A DNA stretch of 45,416 nucleotides, the filler included, from Jimgerdemannia flammicorona (lineage: Eukaryota), in assembly GCA_003990765.1 (NCBI GenBank). It is 2 parts of 2 records of this genome, joined end to end, with 100 filler letters (N's around TTAATTAATTAA, not from the genome) between each part and the next. Parts side by side here need not be neighbours in the genome. Positions count along the whole stretch, not along the records: positions 22,760 to 45,416 come from RBNJ01001233.1; 1 more part is not named here. One strand, written 5' to 3'. The position numbers and the translations under genes are program-made. How positions within the stretch are numbered: the stretch's first letter is position 1; each line of letters begins with the position of its first letter. Below are positions 22,760 through 35,659 of the stretch, one piece after another. The notes beneath the pieces are model-generated. The model saw only the letters and a list, made by a program, of their open reading frames with translations, was not told the DNA's origin and did not search any database.

Positions 22760-25306
22760 TCTAGTGGGCCCTCCCCCCCACCCTCTCATGATAAAAGACC
22801 ACCATACCATTTACTATTACCACTCACCCACTACTCTGTTCACAGATTCCTTCTACTAGATAGCAATGTCACCTACCCTGGGGACCCCACCCAACCCACC
22901 ACTCTGTTAGAAAATCACCCACTAACCCCTCCTATCTTAAAAACTTCTCCTGAACTCCCATTCTCTATCCCTTCTCAAATACAAAGAGCCAATGTCCAGC
23001 CAGCCCTACCCAGATAGCTAAAATCTGCCCTATAGTGAGCCATCCATTTCACACCACCCACAAGTCTAGCTTTTAAGTTCTTCCAATGCCCTTGCTCTCC
23101 ATTCAGCCTCTGCTCTACACCTAGCCAATCTTCCACCACTATCCAAAAGTCCCCCAGAACCTTACATTCTTCTAGCCAATATTCTAACATCTATACAAAA
23201 CCCTCAACCTGCTCCACATCATAGCACTCCTCACAATCTAAATGGCCACCATCTACCAGATGACCAGCAAGGAAATTCAATATAATATTCCTCTACAGCA
23301 TCCTCCACTACACTACCCAGAACTTGGGAGGAAGCCATCTCCACATCTCAGCACTCTATGACCAGACTCCTGCCCAGTCCCACTTCTTACCAATCCTCAC
23401 TATCTGCCAACTACTTGGCCAAATATACTGACCAAGACTCTGCTGACACTCTAATCCATCACTAATATCAAACTCAGCAAGTAGAGCCCCTGCCAGAAGC
23501 AATCTGTTCTATCTCTATATCTCCTGGCCCCACAGCATCTTTCCCTCATTGCTCCTCCAATACAGGTCAATGCAGTATACTCCATCCACCACCCCCAACC
23601 AGAAGCCTGTAAACTGCAGCAATTGGCTTCCATCTAGGCCCACCAGAGACAACAAATCACCTAATGACCCCCTAGGAGAGAATCTCATCTCCAACACCTT
23701 CTGTATCAGTAGCACCCAGCCCCCTCCTTGCAGTTCAACAGCCCTTTTCAACCACCAAGCTTGCAGGCAGTACAGTCTCTTAGGAAAATCCACAAGGCCA
23801 AGTCCTCCCCTATGTAAGAGTATCCCAACTGATCTGGGGTCTCCTCTCTGCCCAAATCTGCTCTCTAGCCAGTTTCATCAGTCTCTTCACCATCCAAGCT
23901 AGAAAGTCTAAGTAATAGGCCATATACTAAAGCTTGGGGAATCAGTAAACATTCAGAATTGACACCTGAGCTGCTAGAGAGATGTGTTGACCTCCCCAGC
24001 CTCAAAGAGCCTCTTCCCACATAGCCACCTTCCTTTCCCATCACACTTATAGCAAGACAGATCCATATACAGAGAGGAAGATGCCCAGATACCACACCAC
24101 CTCTTCTGTAGGGACAATTGTTCCAATGATGTCCCCTCCCACTAGCCCATTCTCTAACACTATTGTCTCACACTTATATCAGTTGAGTTTTATCCCAGAG
24201 TGTATCTCATACCATTCCACTATCTCCTTAAGTACCTCAACATCTTTTACTAAATTAAGTCTATCTACCATATCATCTGCAAAGGCCCCCACCTTCTATA
24301 CTACACCATAAATAGCAAGTCCTACCACCTTCTGTCATATTCTATCTATCAAAAGTTCCAGTGAAAGAGCATAAAGGATAAGAGACAGCAGGTCTCCCTG
24401 AGGAACTCTCCTTCCCAAGAGAAATGCCAGACCTCAGCAGCTATTATATAACAGTGCAGCCCTACTACCCTCCAATAGATTCACTATAGAAGCTCAAAAT
24501 CATAGAGGAATACAAATTCTATCCAGCATCTTACTCAGCCAAACCTGCCAAACATGGTCATAGGCCTTCTCCTGATCCAAAAAGACCAGTCTTCCATCCA
24601 ATCCATAAGCTTGTACCCCTTCAATGATACCATGCATCCAGGCAGTCCCATCTCTAATAAGCCTGCCCTCAATAAAGCCCCACTACTCCTTACTCAGTAC
24701 CTGTTGGGCAACCTTCTGTAGTCTTGCAACAATCTCCTTAGTCACCATCTTCCTGTCTATATCCAGAAGCATGATCAGTCTCCAGTTCTTCTAGTCTTCT
24801 CTCCTCTCTTTATCTTTGAACAATAAGGCCACCAGCTCCAAATCCTGCTCTCTAACCCACTCACCATTCAGAAGTACATGATTACAGAGAGCTGCCATCT
24901 CTCCTAACACCCCAGGGACCTTTGCCATCTTCTTCCAAAAGTCCAAAGGTAATCCATCCTCTCCTGGTGTTGTCTCAAGCTTAGTAGCCATAAGGACTCT
25001 CTGGATCTCCTCTTGGACTAGTAGGATCAAATCACCAAGCTCTTCTACCTGTAGTGTTTCCCACTCCTTCAGCATATCTCCAATCACCTCTTCATCAGCA
25101 CTCCCTTTCGCCTCACTCCACAGACCCCTCTATCTCTCCTTCAGTACCCCCAAAATCTGTTGTGTGCCATGCACCATTTCCCCCTCTGCATCAAGGACTC
25201 CATCCCATCAATATTGCATTCTCCTAGCTTGGAGGAGTCTAGACAAGTATCTGGTAGACCACTCTCCCTCCTCAAGCCCCTACCACCTTAGTCTGGCAGC
25301 CATTTC

Positions 25307-25819
25307 TAGTGCTCCTAACGAGTCAATTTAATCCGGATGGATTCGAATCGGATTCGAATCAACCATTGTTTTGATTTCCAAATTAGACAATTAAATGTTT
25401 ACATCAATAACTTGATGAATAATCATCTAAATTTGATGATCTTGGTGTCATTTGAAAGCCCTTAATAAGGCCTATCTAATGATACCAAGAACATTGAAAT
25501 CGGATCATGCGTTGCTGAGTTATGAAGGAAACCGTCTGAATCGCCGATTTTGGAAATTCTTTGATTTGCCGATTTTGGAAATTTCGTCAAATGGAACATT
25601 TTCCTTAATATCTCGGCACCACGTAATCCGATTTTAATGTTCTTGGTATCATTAGAAAGGCCTTATTAAGGGCTTTCAAATGACACCAAGATCATCAAAT
25701 TTGGATAATTATTCATCAAGTTATTGATGTATACATTTAATTGTCTAATTTGGAAATCAAAACAATGGTTGATTCGAATCCGATTCGAATCCATCCGGAT
25801 TGACTCGTTCGGAGCACTA
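25307..25819. mobile_element. Fold-back hAT-type MITE, family 1 copy 1 (513 bp)
   Basis: TAGTGCTCC...GGAGCACTA termini, ~200-bp inverted arms, 8-bp TSD GCCATTTC (25299-25306, 25820-25827). CpGs are retained. Confidence 0.95.
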
Positions 25820-27718
25820 GCCATTTCTTTCATATGAATCTCCTCCTCCTTTCACAATATCTGTTGCAGCTCCACTATCTCTAATTTTGTCCATTCTAAC
25901 CTCCAATCCTCTACCTCTACAGAAGAAAGCAGATCAGCCCACTCCATCTGCAATCTCATCAGTCTATTAGAAGCACACCTCACTTGCTTCCTTCTCTACC
26001 ACTCAGCCTCCCTACCAGCTCTTCCCCAATAAACCCTCACAGCCTCCTTCAACCTCATCCAATGAATACCTACAGATAAACCCTTATATATCCAGATAGT
26101 AATCTTTGCCTGGATGTCCTCCACCCATGGGTCCTACAACCCCTTCTCAGCCAGCAGAGAGGAGTTAAAGTACTAATTTCCAGGTCCATCTCTACTCCCC
26201 CCAAACAGCCCCTGCCCTAATAGCCCCCAGTAATCTGACCATGGGCACTACTCTACCTCCAAAGTCCTCCAAATATCAACATCTCAATATTCAGCCATCC
26301 AGTATATATAGACCTTTATATTGCCCCACCTTTTTCTGCCCATATCCCCTAAGGAGCTAAGGTTCTCTATCTCCTCCCATGTATTCAGACCACTACTCCT
26401 CCTGCCTGCATCTCTCCCTCTATCAGTTCTATCTAACTGTGGATCTCTCACTATATTAAAGTCACCTTCCAGAATATCTACTCCTTTCTCTAAAAGAATG
26501 CCCTCTTCCAACAGATCCCTAATCTACTCAATTCTCTCACCCCTAACCACTGGGCAGTAGTAGGAGCCAACTCTCACTGATTCTCACTCAGGTCAATGCT
26601 ATTCTCTTCAGACCAAATGGTCACCCCAGCTCCTGATTCCACCCAAATCTCCTCTATCCTTCCTCACCAGAATTGCCATCTTACCAATTCAAGCAGTAAC
26701 TCCACCCCATTCTCTAGTCTACTCCACCTAATCTTTCTCACCCTCATACTATATATTCTGCAGTAAAAAGAGATCAGCCTCCAATCTCTTAAGCTAAGTG
26801 AAAATGTTCTTATGCCATCCAGATCTCTGTAACTCATTCACATTCAGAGAGAAAATGTTAGTTGTACTATTTATAAGGAATAATGTTGATTATCAATTGC
26901 ATTCTCTACAAATCTGCATTCAACTCTTTCTGTGTCAAGTTCAAGTTATGTTTAGCAGCCAGTGTCTTCTCTTCAGCTGTCTGTGCCTCCAGCTCAACCA
27001 GAAGCTCAGCCATATCTCCATTCTCTTTTTCCTCAAAGTCCTCACAATACTCCAAGCATGCCTCCTGCCAGAGTTGCAAATCATGATACTCTGTCCAACA
27101 GTAGGCTGCTTGCTCACTAGCAAAGACTGCCAGTTCAGCCTTCCTCTCTTTATCAATCTCATATCTCTTCTTCTCCAGGAGAATCACAAGTATCTCTGCC
27201 TTCAGTATCCCTACCACCCTATCTCTATGCAGAATCTACACCCAGTGCTTCTCAGATATCACATGCAGGTCTACTTCCCCCAACTTCTCAGCTGCAAAGT
27301 TATCTATCATCTTGCTCATCCACAGCAGGCTCCCTACCTCCTTCCCTCCTGGTATCCCTGGTCTTCCTGCATCCAGTATTATGGTATCTGCCCCTATACT
27401 GGCAGTCTCATTCCACCCCTCCTCTGGGACATCTACCAACTCATCCTTGCCAATGGCCACCACCTGTCCACCTTTTGTAACATCTGGAACCCCAAAGTAT
27501 ACTCGCTGGGCACCCTTCATCAACACATCCTCTGCCACCTGACCCCTTGCAGCTGGACCCTGCCAGACTAGAGGGGGAGTGTCATCCAAGACTGGTTCCC
27601 AGACTTCAAATGTGCCATTGGCAAATGGGTCCATGTGTGGTGTCTTCCCAGCCCCCTCCAGGCCCTCCACCACATCCCCTCCACCCTTACTAGCCCAGAC
27701 ACTCACCTCCACACCCTC

Positions 27719-28939
27719 ACTAGGATTCCTTGTTGGTGTTTAGTGGTATAATAGTCAATCTGGATACAATGGTCGATTTCCTTATTGGGATGGTTCTTGG
27801 GTGTAGCGGTGATTTCATATGATGGTCGGATTCCTTATGCAGAATGATCTAGCGGTTTCCTTCTTGAGTGGTGGCGATCTCCAAAAGTATGCGATTTCTG
27901 CATGACGATCTCTTGTGTAGTGCGATGATCTTCAAAAGTGTGCGATTTCTGGCGGGATGATCTTGGCGGTATTCCTTATGCGGATTTGGCGGATAATTCG
28001 GTTTGGTGCAGATTCTCCTGAATCGGCTCTTCTGGAAATATCGGGTAACTTGATAACTTGGGTAACTCGGATGATACGGATAACTCGGATGACTCGGATA
28101 ACACGGATTCTTCCTGAATCGGCAGGTTCTTCTGAAAATAACTTGGATGGCAGATAATTTGATAGCTCGGATGCAGATAACTCGATTCGGCGCGGATTCT
28201 CCTGAATCAGCGGCTCTCTGGGAATATCAGATAACTTGATAACTCGGATAGCTCGGATGGCAGATTCTTGGCAAGTTACGTTAAAGACTGGCATCGTTTG
28301 TGTGGGGTTACATCATAGACCGGCTCCACTGCGAAGTTGCATCAGATAGACTGGCTTGTGGCAAGGTTCCTTAAGGTGGGCTCTCTGGAAATGGCGAATG
28401 GCACGGATTCTTCCTGAATCGGTGGACTTCTCTGGAAAATGGCGGCTTATTCCTTAAGTGGCAGATTACTCAAATGGCAGTGAAGTTCTTCACTTGAACT
28501 TAGGCAGCAAAATACTCAGATTCTTCAGGCTTATCTGGCAAGCATACCAATCAATCTTTGTATTGGAAAGTGGACTGGAGTGGGGAAAAGGGAACCAATG
28601 CTCACAATTTTTAGTGGCTTCTTTGGTTTGTATCAACTTTTCAGACTGAGGTTTATTCACTCTTGTCTCTGGGGTATTTTATACAGTTGTGGTTGCTACC
28701 TGGTTGTTACATTGCTAATTATAGATTACTATCTATAGCAAGTATTCCTGGATGGTATAGTGTTCTAGACCAGTATGGTGTACTGGTTCAGTATAGTGTA
28801 TTGGACCAGTATAGATAAACATACTGTTTCTGATATCTATACAGGTTGGTACAGAAAAGCAGTCTTGGTTGCTTAGTGCACTAGATATGGTATTTGGCAA
28901 ATTTATGATTTCAGTAGTACAGTTCTGCTGCTCATTACA
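27719..28939 (-). mobile_element. LTR-like repeat family B, copy 1 (LTR plus leader, truncated)
   Basis: Minus-strand start TGTAAT at 28939, short tandem repeats, TATAAAATACCCC (~28672-28684), AATAAA, ATAACTCGG 9-mer array (~28050-28110). Colinear with 32100-33237. Confidence 0.65.
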
Positions 28940-29307
28940 CTACTCTCTTCTATCATCTCATTTCCTTTATTACTCAAAAACTCTACTCTACTCTCTCATT
29001 CTACTGTATTCTATCTTTCTCTAGTAATAACTAACTCTAACTCTCTAATATCTTTTCTCTCACTTCTCTTGATATCTCAACCCCATTATATCTTCTCTAG
29101 TTCTATTACTCTTGAATCACTTTTCTTATAAGTTATTACTACTTATTTATTAACTTTCTAATACTCATCTACTGCTCTCTCTTAAATACTTATCTCTAAT
29201 ATAAAGTCATCAATATCTATATATACTAATAATTCTCTCATACAACTTCTATCTCTCTCTCTAATCTCCTTCTAGCTATCATCTTTACTATCTCATTAAT
29301 TTTCTCT

Positions 29308-30183
29308 TTATTATTTATTTATTTATTTATTTATTTATAATTACTTAGACTTTATTATTTATTATTAAACTAATCTATATCCAGATATTATACAGTAACT
29401 CTACTCTCTATCCAATTCTCCTCAGGGGTTCATCTCCTATCTCATTATAATTAAAGATTATCAGATCATTAACTACTATAATCCTCCTACTACTTTGCTT
29501 ATAAATTTTCTTTACTAGATATCAATGATGACTATTCTGGGAGCCCTACCCCATCTCCCAGCCTGATATAACATTCTTCATCAACCACTCTTACCTTGCT
29601 AACTACTTCTTCAAGCTTATCTACTTTTCCTTTTTGAATATATATAGTTAATAACTAGCCAATTCTACTTATACATATGTATTACTAAAATCTAACCAAT
29701 AGTGAGCTATTCATTATCAATATACTCTACCAATCTTTTTCTTATATTAGCTCAATAACTCTCTTCTCCATCCTCCTATCTCTCTATTCTCAGACAATCT
29801 ATAACTATTATCTAAAAGTCCCTAAGTACTTTGTAATCTCCTAACCAATATTTAGACATCTGTATAAAGTCCTTCTCCTGCTCTACATTATAATACTCCT
29901 CACAATTAAAAGACCCTCTATCAATCAAATATCCTGAATGAAAGTTCAATATGATATTCCTCCTTAGTATGTACTACTATACTACTCAGAACTTTAGAGA
30001 AAGCTACTGCTATACCTCAGTGCTCTAGGTCTATACACTAGCCCAGTTCTATTCTTTACCAATTCTGATCATCTGCCAGCTAACTGACCACAGATTCTGT
30101 CCTAACCCTCCTTAGTATTCTACTCTAGTATTAATGTCAAAGTTAACTAGTGGAGAACCACCCAATAGTAGCCTGTCTCTCTA

Positions 30184-30217
<34 letters not shown>

Positions 30218-30960
30218 CACTCAGACTCCTTTCTTTATTAATATACCCATCTATATAATATATAATATACTGTATCTACCCCTAACCAATCCCCCTAGGA
30301 CCCCTCTCCTTCTCTCTCCCCTCACCTATCTCTCTACCATATCACTGGACCCCACTGCTCTCTCACCTCAATACTATATCAATATAGACCAATATAATAG
30401 ATACTCTACTATTTCTATCAGAAGTCTCTATATTGTAAATATCTACTACTATTTAGTCTAACTAATAATAGTAAATTATCTAAAGAGCCTCTAAGAGAGA
30501 ACTTCATCTCGCAGACCTTCTGTATCAATAGCACCCACTCTCTCTATAGCTCAACAGCTCTCTTTAGCTACTAATCTCTCAAATAATATATCTTCTTAGA
30601 GAAGTCTACCAGATTAAGATTACCTCTATTTATTAGTATTACTAAGATCTTTTAATTAATCTAATACTATCTCTCAACCCAGATCTAGTCCTTAGCTAAT
30701 TTCAATAATCTCTTCATCACCCAGACAAGAAAGTCTAAGTGATATATTAGATACTATAACTTTAATAGTCAGTAAACATTCTGTATTAATATCTATTCTG
30801 CCAGAGAGATAGGATATCTCCTTCAGCTCTAAAGAGCCTCTCTCTACATAATAATATTTCTTTTCTATCAAGCTCTGAACAAGACAGATCTATATACTAA
30901 CAGGAAGATACCCAGATACTATACAGCTTCCTCTATAGATTCAATTATTCCAATGATATG
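29308..30960 (-). mobile_element. Old 5'-truncated LINE with a (TAAA)n tail
   Basis: (TTTA)n followed by TAATTACTTAGAC, the LINE terminus. Degraded ORF2 C-terminal half up to TTCCAATGAT. Confidence 0.75.
30186..30323 (-). mobile_element. 138-bp LINE 3' stub nested in the older LINE
   Basis: T32 followed by CACTCAGACTCCTTTCTTTATTAATATACCCATCTA, matching the 3' end of copy A. Degenerate 15-bp TSD GCCTGTCTCTCTATC / ACCTATCTCTCTACC. Confidence 0.8.
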
Positions 30961-31417
30961 AATATATAGAATTAATTACTGGGATATATTAAAGTAGTAA
31001 ATGATAGAAGAGGGATTGGAGATATATAAGTAGCTTATCTTAGAGTAGGTTCTTATAGTTTGGATCAGTCTGGTGAGCCACTAGTAGGTAGTATTAGAGG
31101 ATGGCCAGATGATAACTATGGGGGAAGAAGGTGGTAAGATAGGAATAGTTGATGATAGATATATATTTTGTTTGGATAATAAATAGAGTTGAGCCCTAGT
31201 GGGGAGTAGTAATGGAAGCTAGTGGGGATTATTTATAGAAAGAGTAGAGAGAGAATTAGAGTGATTAAATCTGAGATAGTATTTAATAGAGTTAGAATAG
31301 GAGGTTTAGATAGAGGTAGATAGTGGCTACTAGTGTAATATGAGAATATAGAGCATATTTTAGATTATTAATAAATGGAGCTATAACCTATAGAAAAAAA
31401 AAAAAAAAAAAAAAAAA
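30961..31417 (+). mobile_element. Degraded LINE 3' fragment
   Basis: G-rich sequence, AATAAA, A24 tail at 31394-31417. Confidence 0.6.
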
Positions 31418-32039
31418 CTGCTTTTTAGAAAGTATTAAAGATATGTTCAGAAGAGAAATGCATTATTTGTTTATATCTTGGTATTCTTTTTTTAGAAGTA
31501 TGTATCTGAGTTCACTTAATTATTAATTGACTTTTTTCTAAGCTAATTGGTATTCTTTATATTTGTTTATAAAATATATATAATATTAATAATATTATTA
31601 ATTTCATAGTCTATTTTTAAATTATTATTTTATATGAGATTATAGATTATTTAGTATATAATATTAAGAAGTTAGTAATATTAGTAGCTAATTTTAATAA
31701 GATTATAGACTAAATTAGTAAATTAGTTTATAATTATCAATCTATTTTTAGATAAAAACTATAGTAATATCAGTAAGATTATCAATTAAACTAGTGTAGA
31801 GACTAGTATAACTATTAATATTAGTGAATATTTAAGTATATAACTATAATGATGATATAAATCCAATGATATTTAAATAAATTTTCATTATAAATAGTAA
31901 GAGTATAATTATATCATCTGGTAATAGCAGTAGCTAATATGGATATAGGAGTATTAGGAGTAGTTAAGAAAGATGAAGTAGAAGGAGATAATATTATAGA
32001 TATATCATAATCTACCTGGCTCAATAGAGGCAAATTACA

Positions 32040-33237
32040 AGGTTGGAGGTTGATGTAGTTTGGCTTGAGCCTTTAGTTACTTTGTCAAAAAGCAATAAAA
32101 TGTTCTAAGATTTCTGTGGTCCTTGGCATTTAGTAGTATAACAGTCAATCTGGATATTTCAGTAGTTCCTCTGATCATATGGTGGTCAATTTGTATATCA
32201 GTTTCCTTATTGAGATAGTTCTCTAAGTATAGTAGCAATTTTGTATAATGGATGGTCTTTATATAATATGGCAATCTCCTTATATATAATGGTCTGGCAA
32301 TTTAGTGGTTTTCCTTATATGATTTCTACATGATGATTTCATATAGCATAACAATCTCTGTATAGTATGGTAGGTTCCTTATATATGACATTCTGACAAT
32401 TTGGCAGATAACTCGATTTGGTAAATAACTCAGTTTTGGTGCAGATACTTCTGAATTAGCAGCTTACTAGAAATAAAGGATAGTATAAACTCTTCTAAAT
32501 CAGCTTACTGGGAATAGGTAAATAACTTAGATAGTACAGATCCTTTCTATATTAGCAGGTTTCTTTGGGAATAATAACTGATAGTGGATTCTTTCTGAAT
32601 CAGCAGCTTACTGGAAAAGATTATTTTCTTAGCAAAGTTATATCAAAGACTGGCTTTATTTACATGAATGAATCACTGTAAAGTTGTGTCTAGTAGACTG
32701 ACTTATGGCAAGGTTTCTTAAGGCTCTCAGGGAATATAGATAACTTAGAATCAGCAGCTTATTCCTTAAGCAGCAGATTTCTCTTCAAAAGATAGCAAAG
32801 TTCTTCTTTAAACTTTAGTGACAAATCTTCAGGCTTATCTGGTAAGCAATCCAAGGCTTTATATTAGTAAGTAGACCAGAGTAGGAATAAGGGGACTAAT
32901 GCTTAATCTTTAGAGGCTTCTTTGGTTTGTACTTCAATTTAGACTAAGGTTTACTCACTCATATCTGTGGAGTATTTTATGTATTATGGTTGCTATCTGG
33001 TTGCTATCTGGTTGCTATCTGGTTGCTATCTGGATAATTATAGATTTACCACTTCTGGTAATATTTAGGTGTATCCTCAGAGCATGAGTGTGTCTACAGG
33101 ATATGAGTGTGTCCACAGGACATAAGTGTGTCTATAGGATATAAGTGTGTCTACAGAATATGAGTGCATTTACCAGATATAGGAGTATCTTTAGGATACA
33201 GATAAATAACCCTAATTTGGTATCTTGCCTAATTATA
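32040..33237 (-). mobile_element. LTR-like repeat family B, copy 2 (more mutated)
   Basis: Colinear with 27719-28750 (e.g. TTTAGTAGTATAACAGTCAATCTGGATA, TTCAGGCTTATCTGG, GCTTCTTTGGTTTGTA). Contains TGGTTGCTATC x4 and a 19-bp repeat x4.5 (33082-33170). The end ATTATA is read as a mutated ATTACA. Confidence 0.65.
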
Positions 33238-35659
33238 AGAATGATATTTATGGGTAACTATGCTATTAATGCCACCTTTTACCAGTAATATTCAGGTGAC
33301 ACAAGACTCAGACAATACTTTCTACAACATTTTTGGTAAAAGGCAATTAGCAATATAGACAGTAATGAATATACTGGTGAGCATGTCAGCCAGGGGGACA
33401 GCAGTGCCTTTGACTGGCAGCATATAGGGAGGAGGAGGGGTGATGGTTTGGAAATGCCAGGGCCTTCTATGGCTGGCCACAGTGCTGGTAGCAGAGGAAG
33501 AGGTGGACTGAGGCAATAAGGAGAGAAGAGGATGATCTTTGTGGACAAGGTCAAGATGGGGAGAATGACATCTGGTCTAGATGGTTGGCTGGGCTTGGGG
33601 AAGGCACCAATGGCTACTGTTGGGGGATAGAGAGGGGCCCCCAAGGGAGGGTTGGGCAGTAGGGGAGAGGGGGGAGTAGGGGCTAGAGATGTGACTGCTG
33701 ATGGAGCTGTGACTAGAGATCAGGAAAAAAATCCAAATGTGATGGAGGTTGGCAGTTCATAATAGAGGGTGGATATGAGGCCCAGGGACCTGGTAGATGA
33801 TATGACAGATATGGTATCAGTACTGTTACTTAAGAAATCAAGGTTGGAATTCACCATTACATTGTGTTTCTGGGACTTGGTGGTAACTACAAGGATGATC
33901 TTGGAGCTGGTGGTACAGAAGGTGAAGGGGGCAGCTCTAGTGAAGTTTTTGAAGGAGAAAGAAGGAGTTGAGGTTGGGTTTGAGGAAGAGGCATCATTGT
34001 TGGAGGCTATGGAGAAGGGTAATGGTAGGCAGTGTGGTAGTCCCTATGGTTAGATATATGTGCTAGGACCTCTGAGTAGTGCAGTTGATGGTATTGGATC
34101 TTCTGATGGTGTCAAGGGAGAGGGCCAGGGAGTTGATTGTAGAGGCAGTCAAGGAGTATAGAGAGATCATAGACATTGGGTTCAGAGTCTGGGAGGATAC
34201 TGAGCTTAGGATTGGTGATGTCAATATCTGGGTGAGGCTGGTTGGAAAGGAGAACATGGGGAAGATGAGAGACTGGCTGGTAACTTTTAAGTAGGGACAG
34301 GTAGAGTACAAGGTCTCATAGGTGAAAGGAATATTAGAAGAGGAGGAGGATTTGCTGGAGACTCTTGAGGATCTGGCAGAAGTAGTCTAGAGGAGGAGAT
34401 TGGCTTGGAAGGAGTATGAAGCCAAGACAGTAGTGGAAATGTTAGATAGAAAGAGGATCAGGATGGACTGGGCAACCAGGGAGAAGATATAAGGGAGGCA
34501 AATCCAGAAGGAGCTGCTGGAGAAGTTGGGAGGCAGTGAGGCAGGCAGCAGTGCAGAAGAAGGTGGTGTAGGATTGTAAGAGAGTGCCTGGGCTGGGGAG
34601 CACAGGATGGCCCAAGGTGGGGCCCAGGGTGAATCAAGTGAGGAGGGACAGGGTGGTATGGAGGTAGATGTGGAAATGAGTGAGGAAGTACACCCTCAGT
34701 ATGGTGTTCTGAGTGGGACAGAGGGTGAGGAGGAACTACTGAATATACCAAAAGAGGAGTGGGATGAGTCAATGAGGAGGAGTGCTTTGATGGACCCAGA
34801 GTTAGGGGTTGAAAGGGTCACTCAGAGTGTTACAGAGGCAGTAGATGAGAAGGTACTGAGGAAGGTTAGGAATGAGATTCTGGTGGTTCTCTTGGAATCA
34901 ATTAAATATCAAGTAGATGATCAGAGGGAGGAGGAACTTTGAGTGATTGTGAATGACTGAGCAGTATACTTGTAGGGTTTGAGGAAGGGGTTGGAGAAGT
35001 GGAGAGTGGTCTGTGCAGATTATCAGGCAGAAATGGAAGTGGTGGATAGAGTAGAGTGTCAAGAAATCTTGGTGGCATTGGATGCTCAGGCTGTAGTGGA
35101 AGGTAATCTGAAAGCAGAGCAGTACTTGGATCTGGCTGGGGATGAGATGAGCATGGAATACTAGGCTGGGTTATCAATATCAAACATTATTCAATATGAA
35201 CAGTACAACTAGAATATTCTCTTTAAATATGAATAAGTTGAGAGGTACAGCTTAGTAAAGGTACATATTTGATTGGCTCAGGAGACTGGATGCAGATCTC
35301 TTCTTACTGCAGAATGTGCATTACAAGGTGGGTGTAGACTTACAGGATTGAACTAGAGAATGGGGGGGGGAGGCAGCAGTGTGGTCTGAGTGGGTGGGCA
35401 TTCTAATTAGAAAGGAGATGGGGGATATTGGTAATATTGGACATTGGGAGAGTAGGTTGGTATTGAGAGTGTGGAAGAGACCTGAATAGAGTCCTTTGAC
35501 TGTTGGGTCATATTATTGCCCAGCAGAGAGGGGGGAATAGGTAGATTGGATCAGAAATTTGAGAGAGGCTAGTGTTATGAGTGAGGCTGGGATTGACACT
35601 GGTAACATTCAGGTGACACAAGACTCAGACAACACTTTTGACAACATTTTTGGTGAAAG

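Larger units (their letters stand above)
22646..27718 (-). mobile_element. L1/Tx1-clade LINE, copy B (5' part of ORF1 missing; spans the gap)
   Basis: T tract before the gap and LINE 3' sequence after it. TPGEDGLPLDFWKK, EGDFN, ORF1 C-terminus; the ORF2 start is mutated to ATA at ~26874. Carries the MITE at 25307. Confidence 0.92.

Noticed and set aside
25452..25637. 61-aa ORF conserved in both MITE copies (also 41916-42101)
   Set aside because: Starts at TTG inside the palindromic site. Its conservation just reflects recent duplication, and it has no transposase motif.
26798..27571. 257-aa plus-strand ORF, and similar ORFs such as 40690-41298 minus
   Set aside because: Antisense shadows of LINE ORF1/ORF2, not open in the sister copies.
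27932..28294. ORF with an IRVIRV repeat
   Set aside because: Product of the 9-bp ATAACTCGG array and not preserved in copy 2.
31418..32040. AT-rich stretch as the gag of LTR family B
   Set aside because: Position and orientation are plausible, but it is too mutated for any motif to be recognised.
33082..33170. 19-bp repeats (also the 16-bp repeats at 9198 and 35-bp repeats at 20550) as a CRISPR-like array
   Set aside because: Head-to-tail with no unique spacers, no cas genes, and located inside eukaryotic LTR-like sequence.
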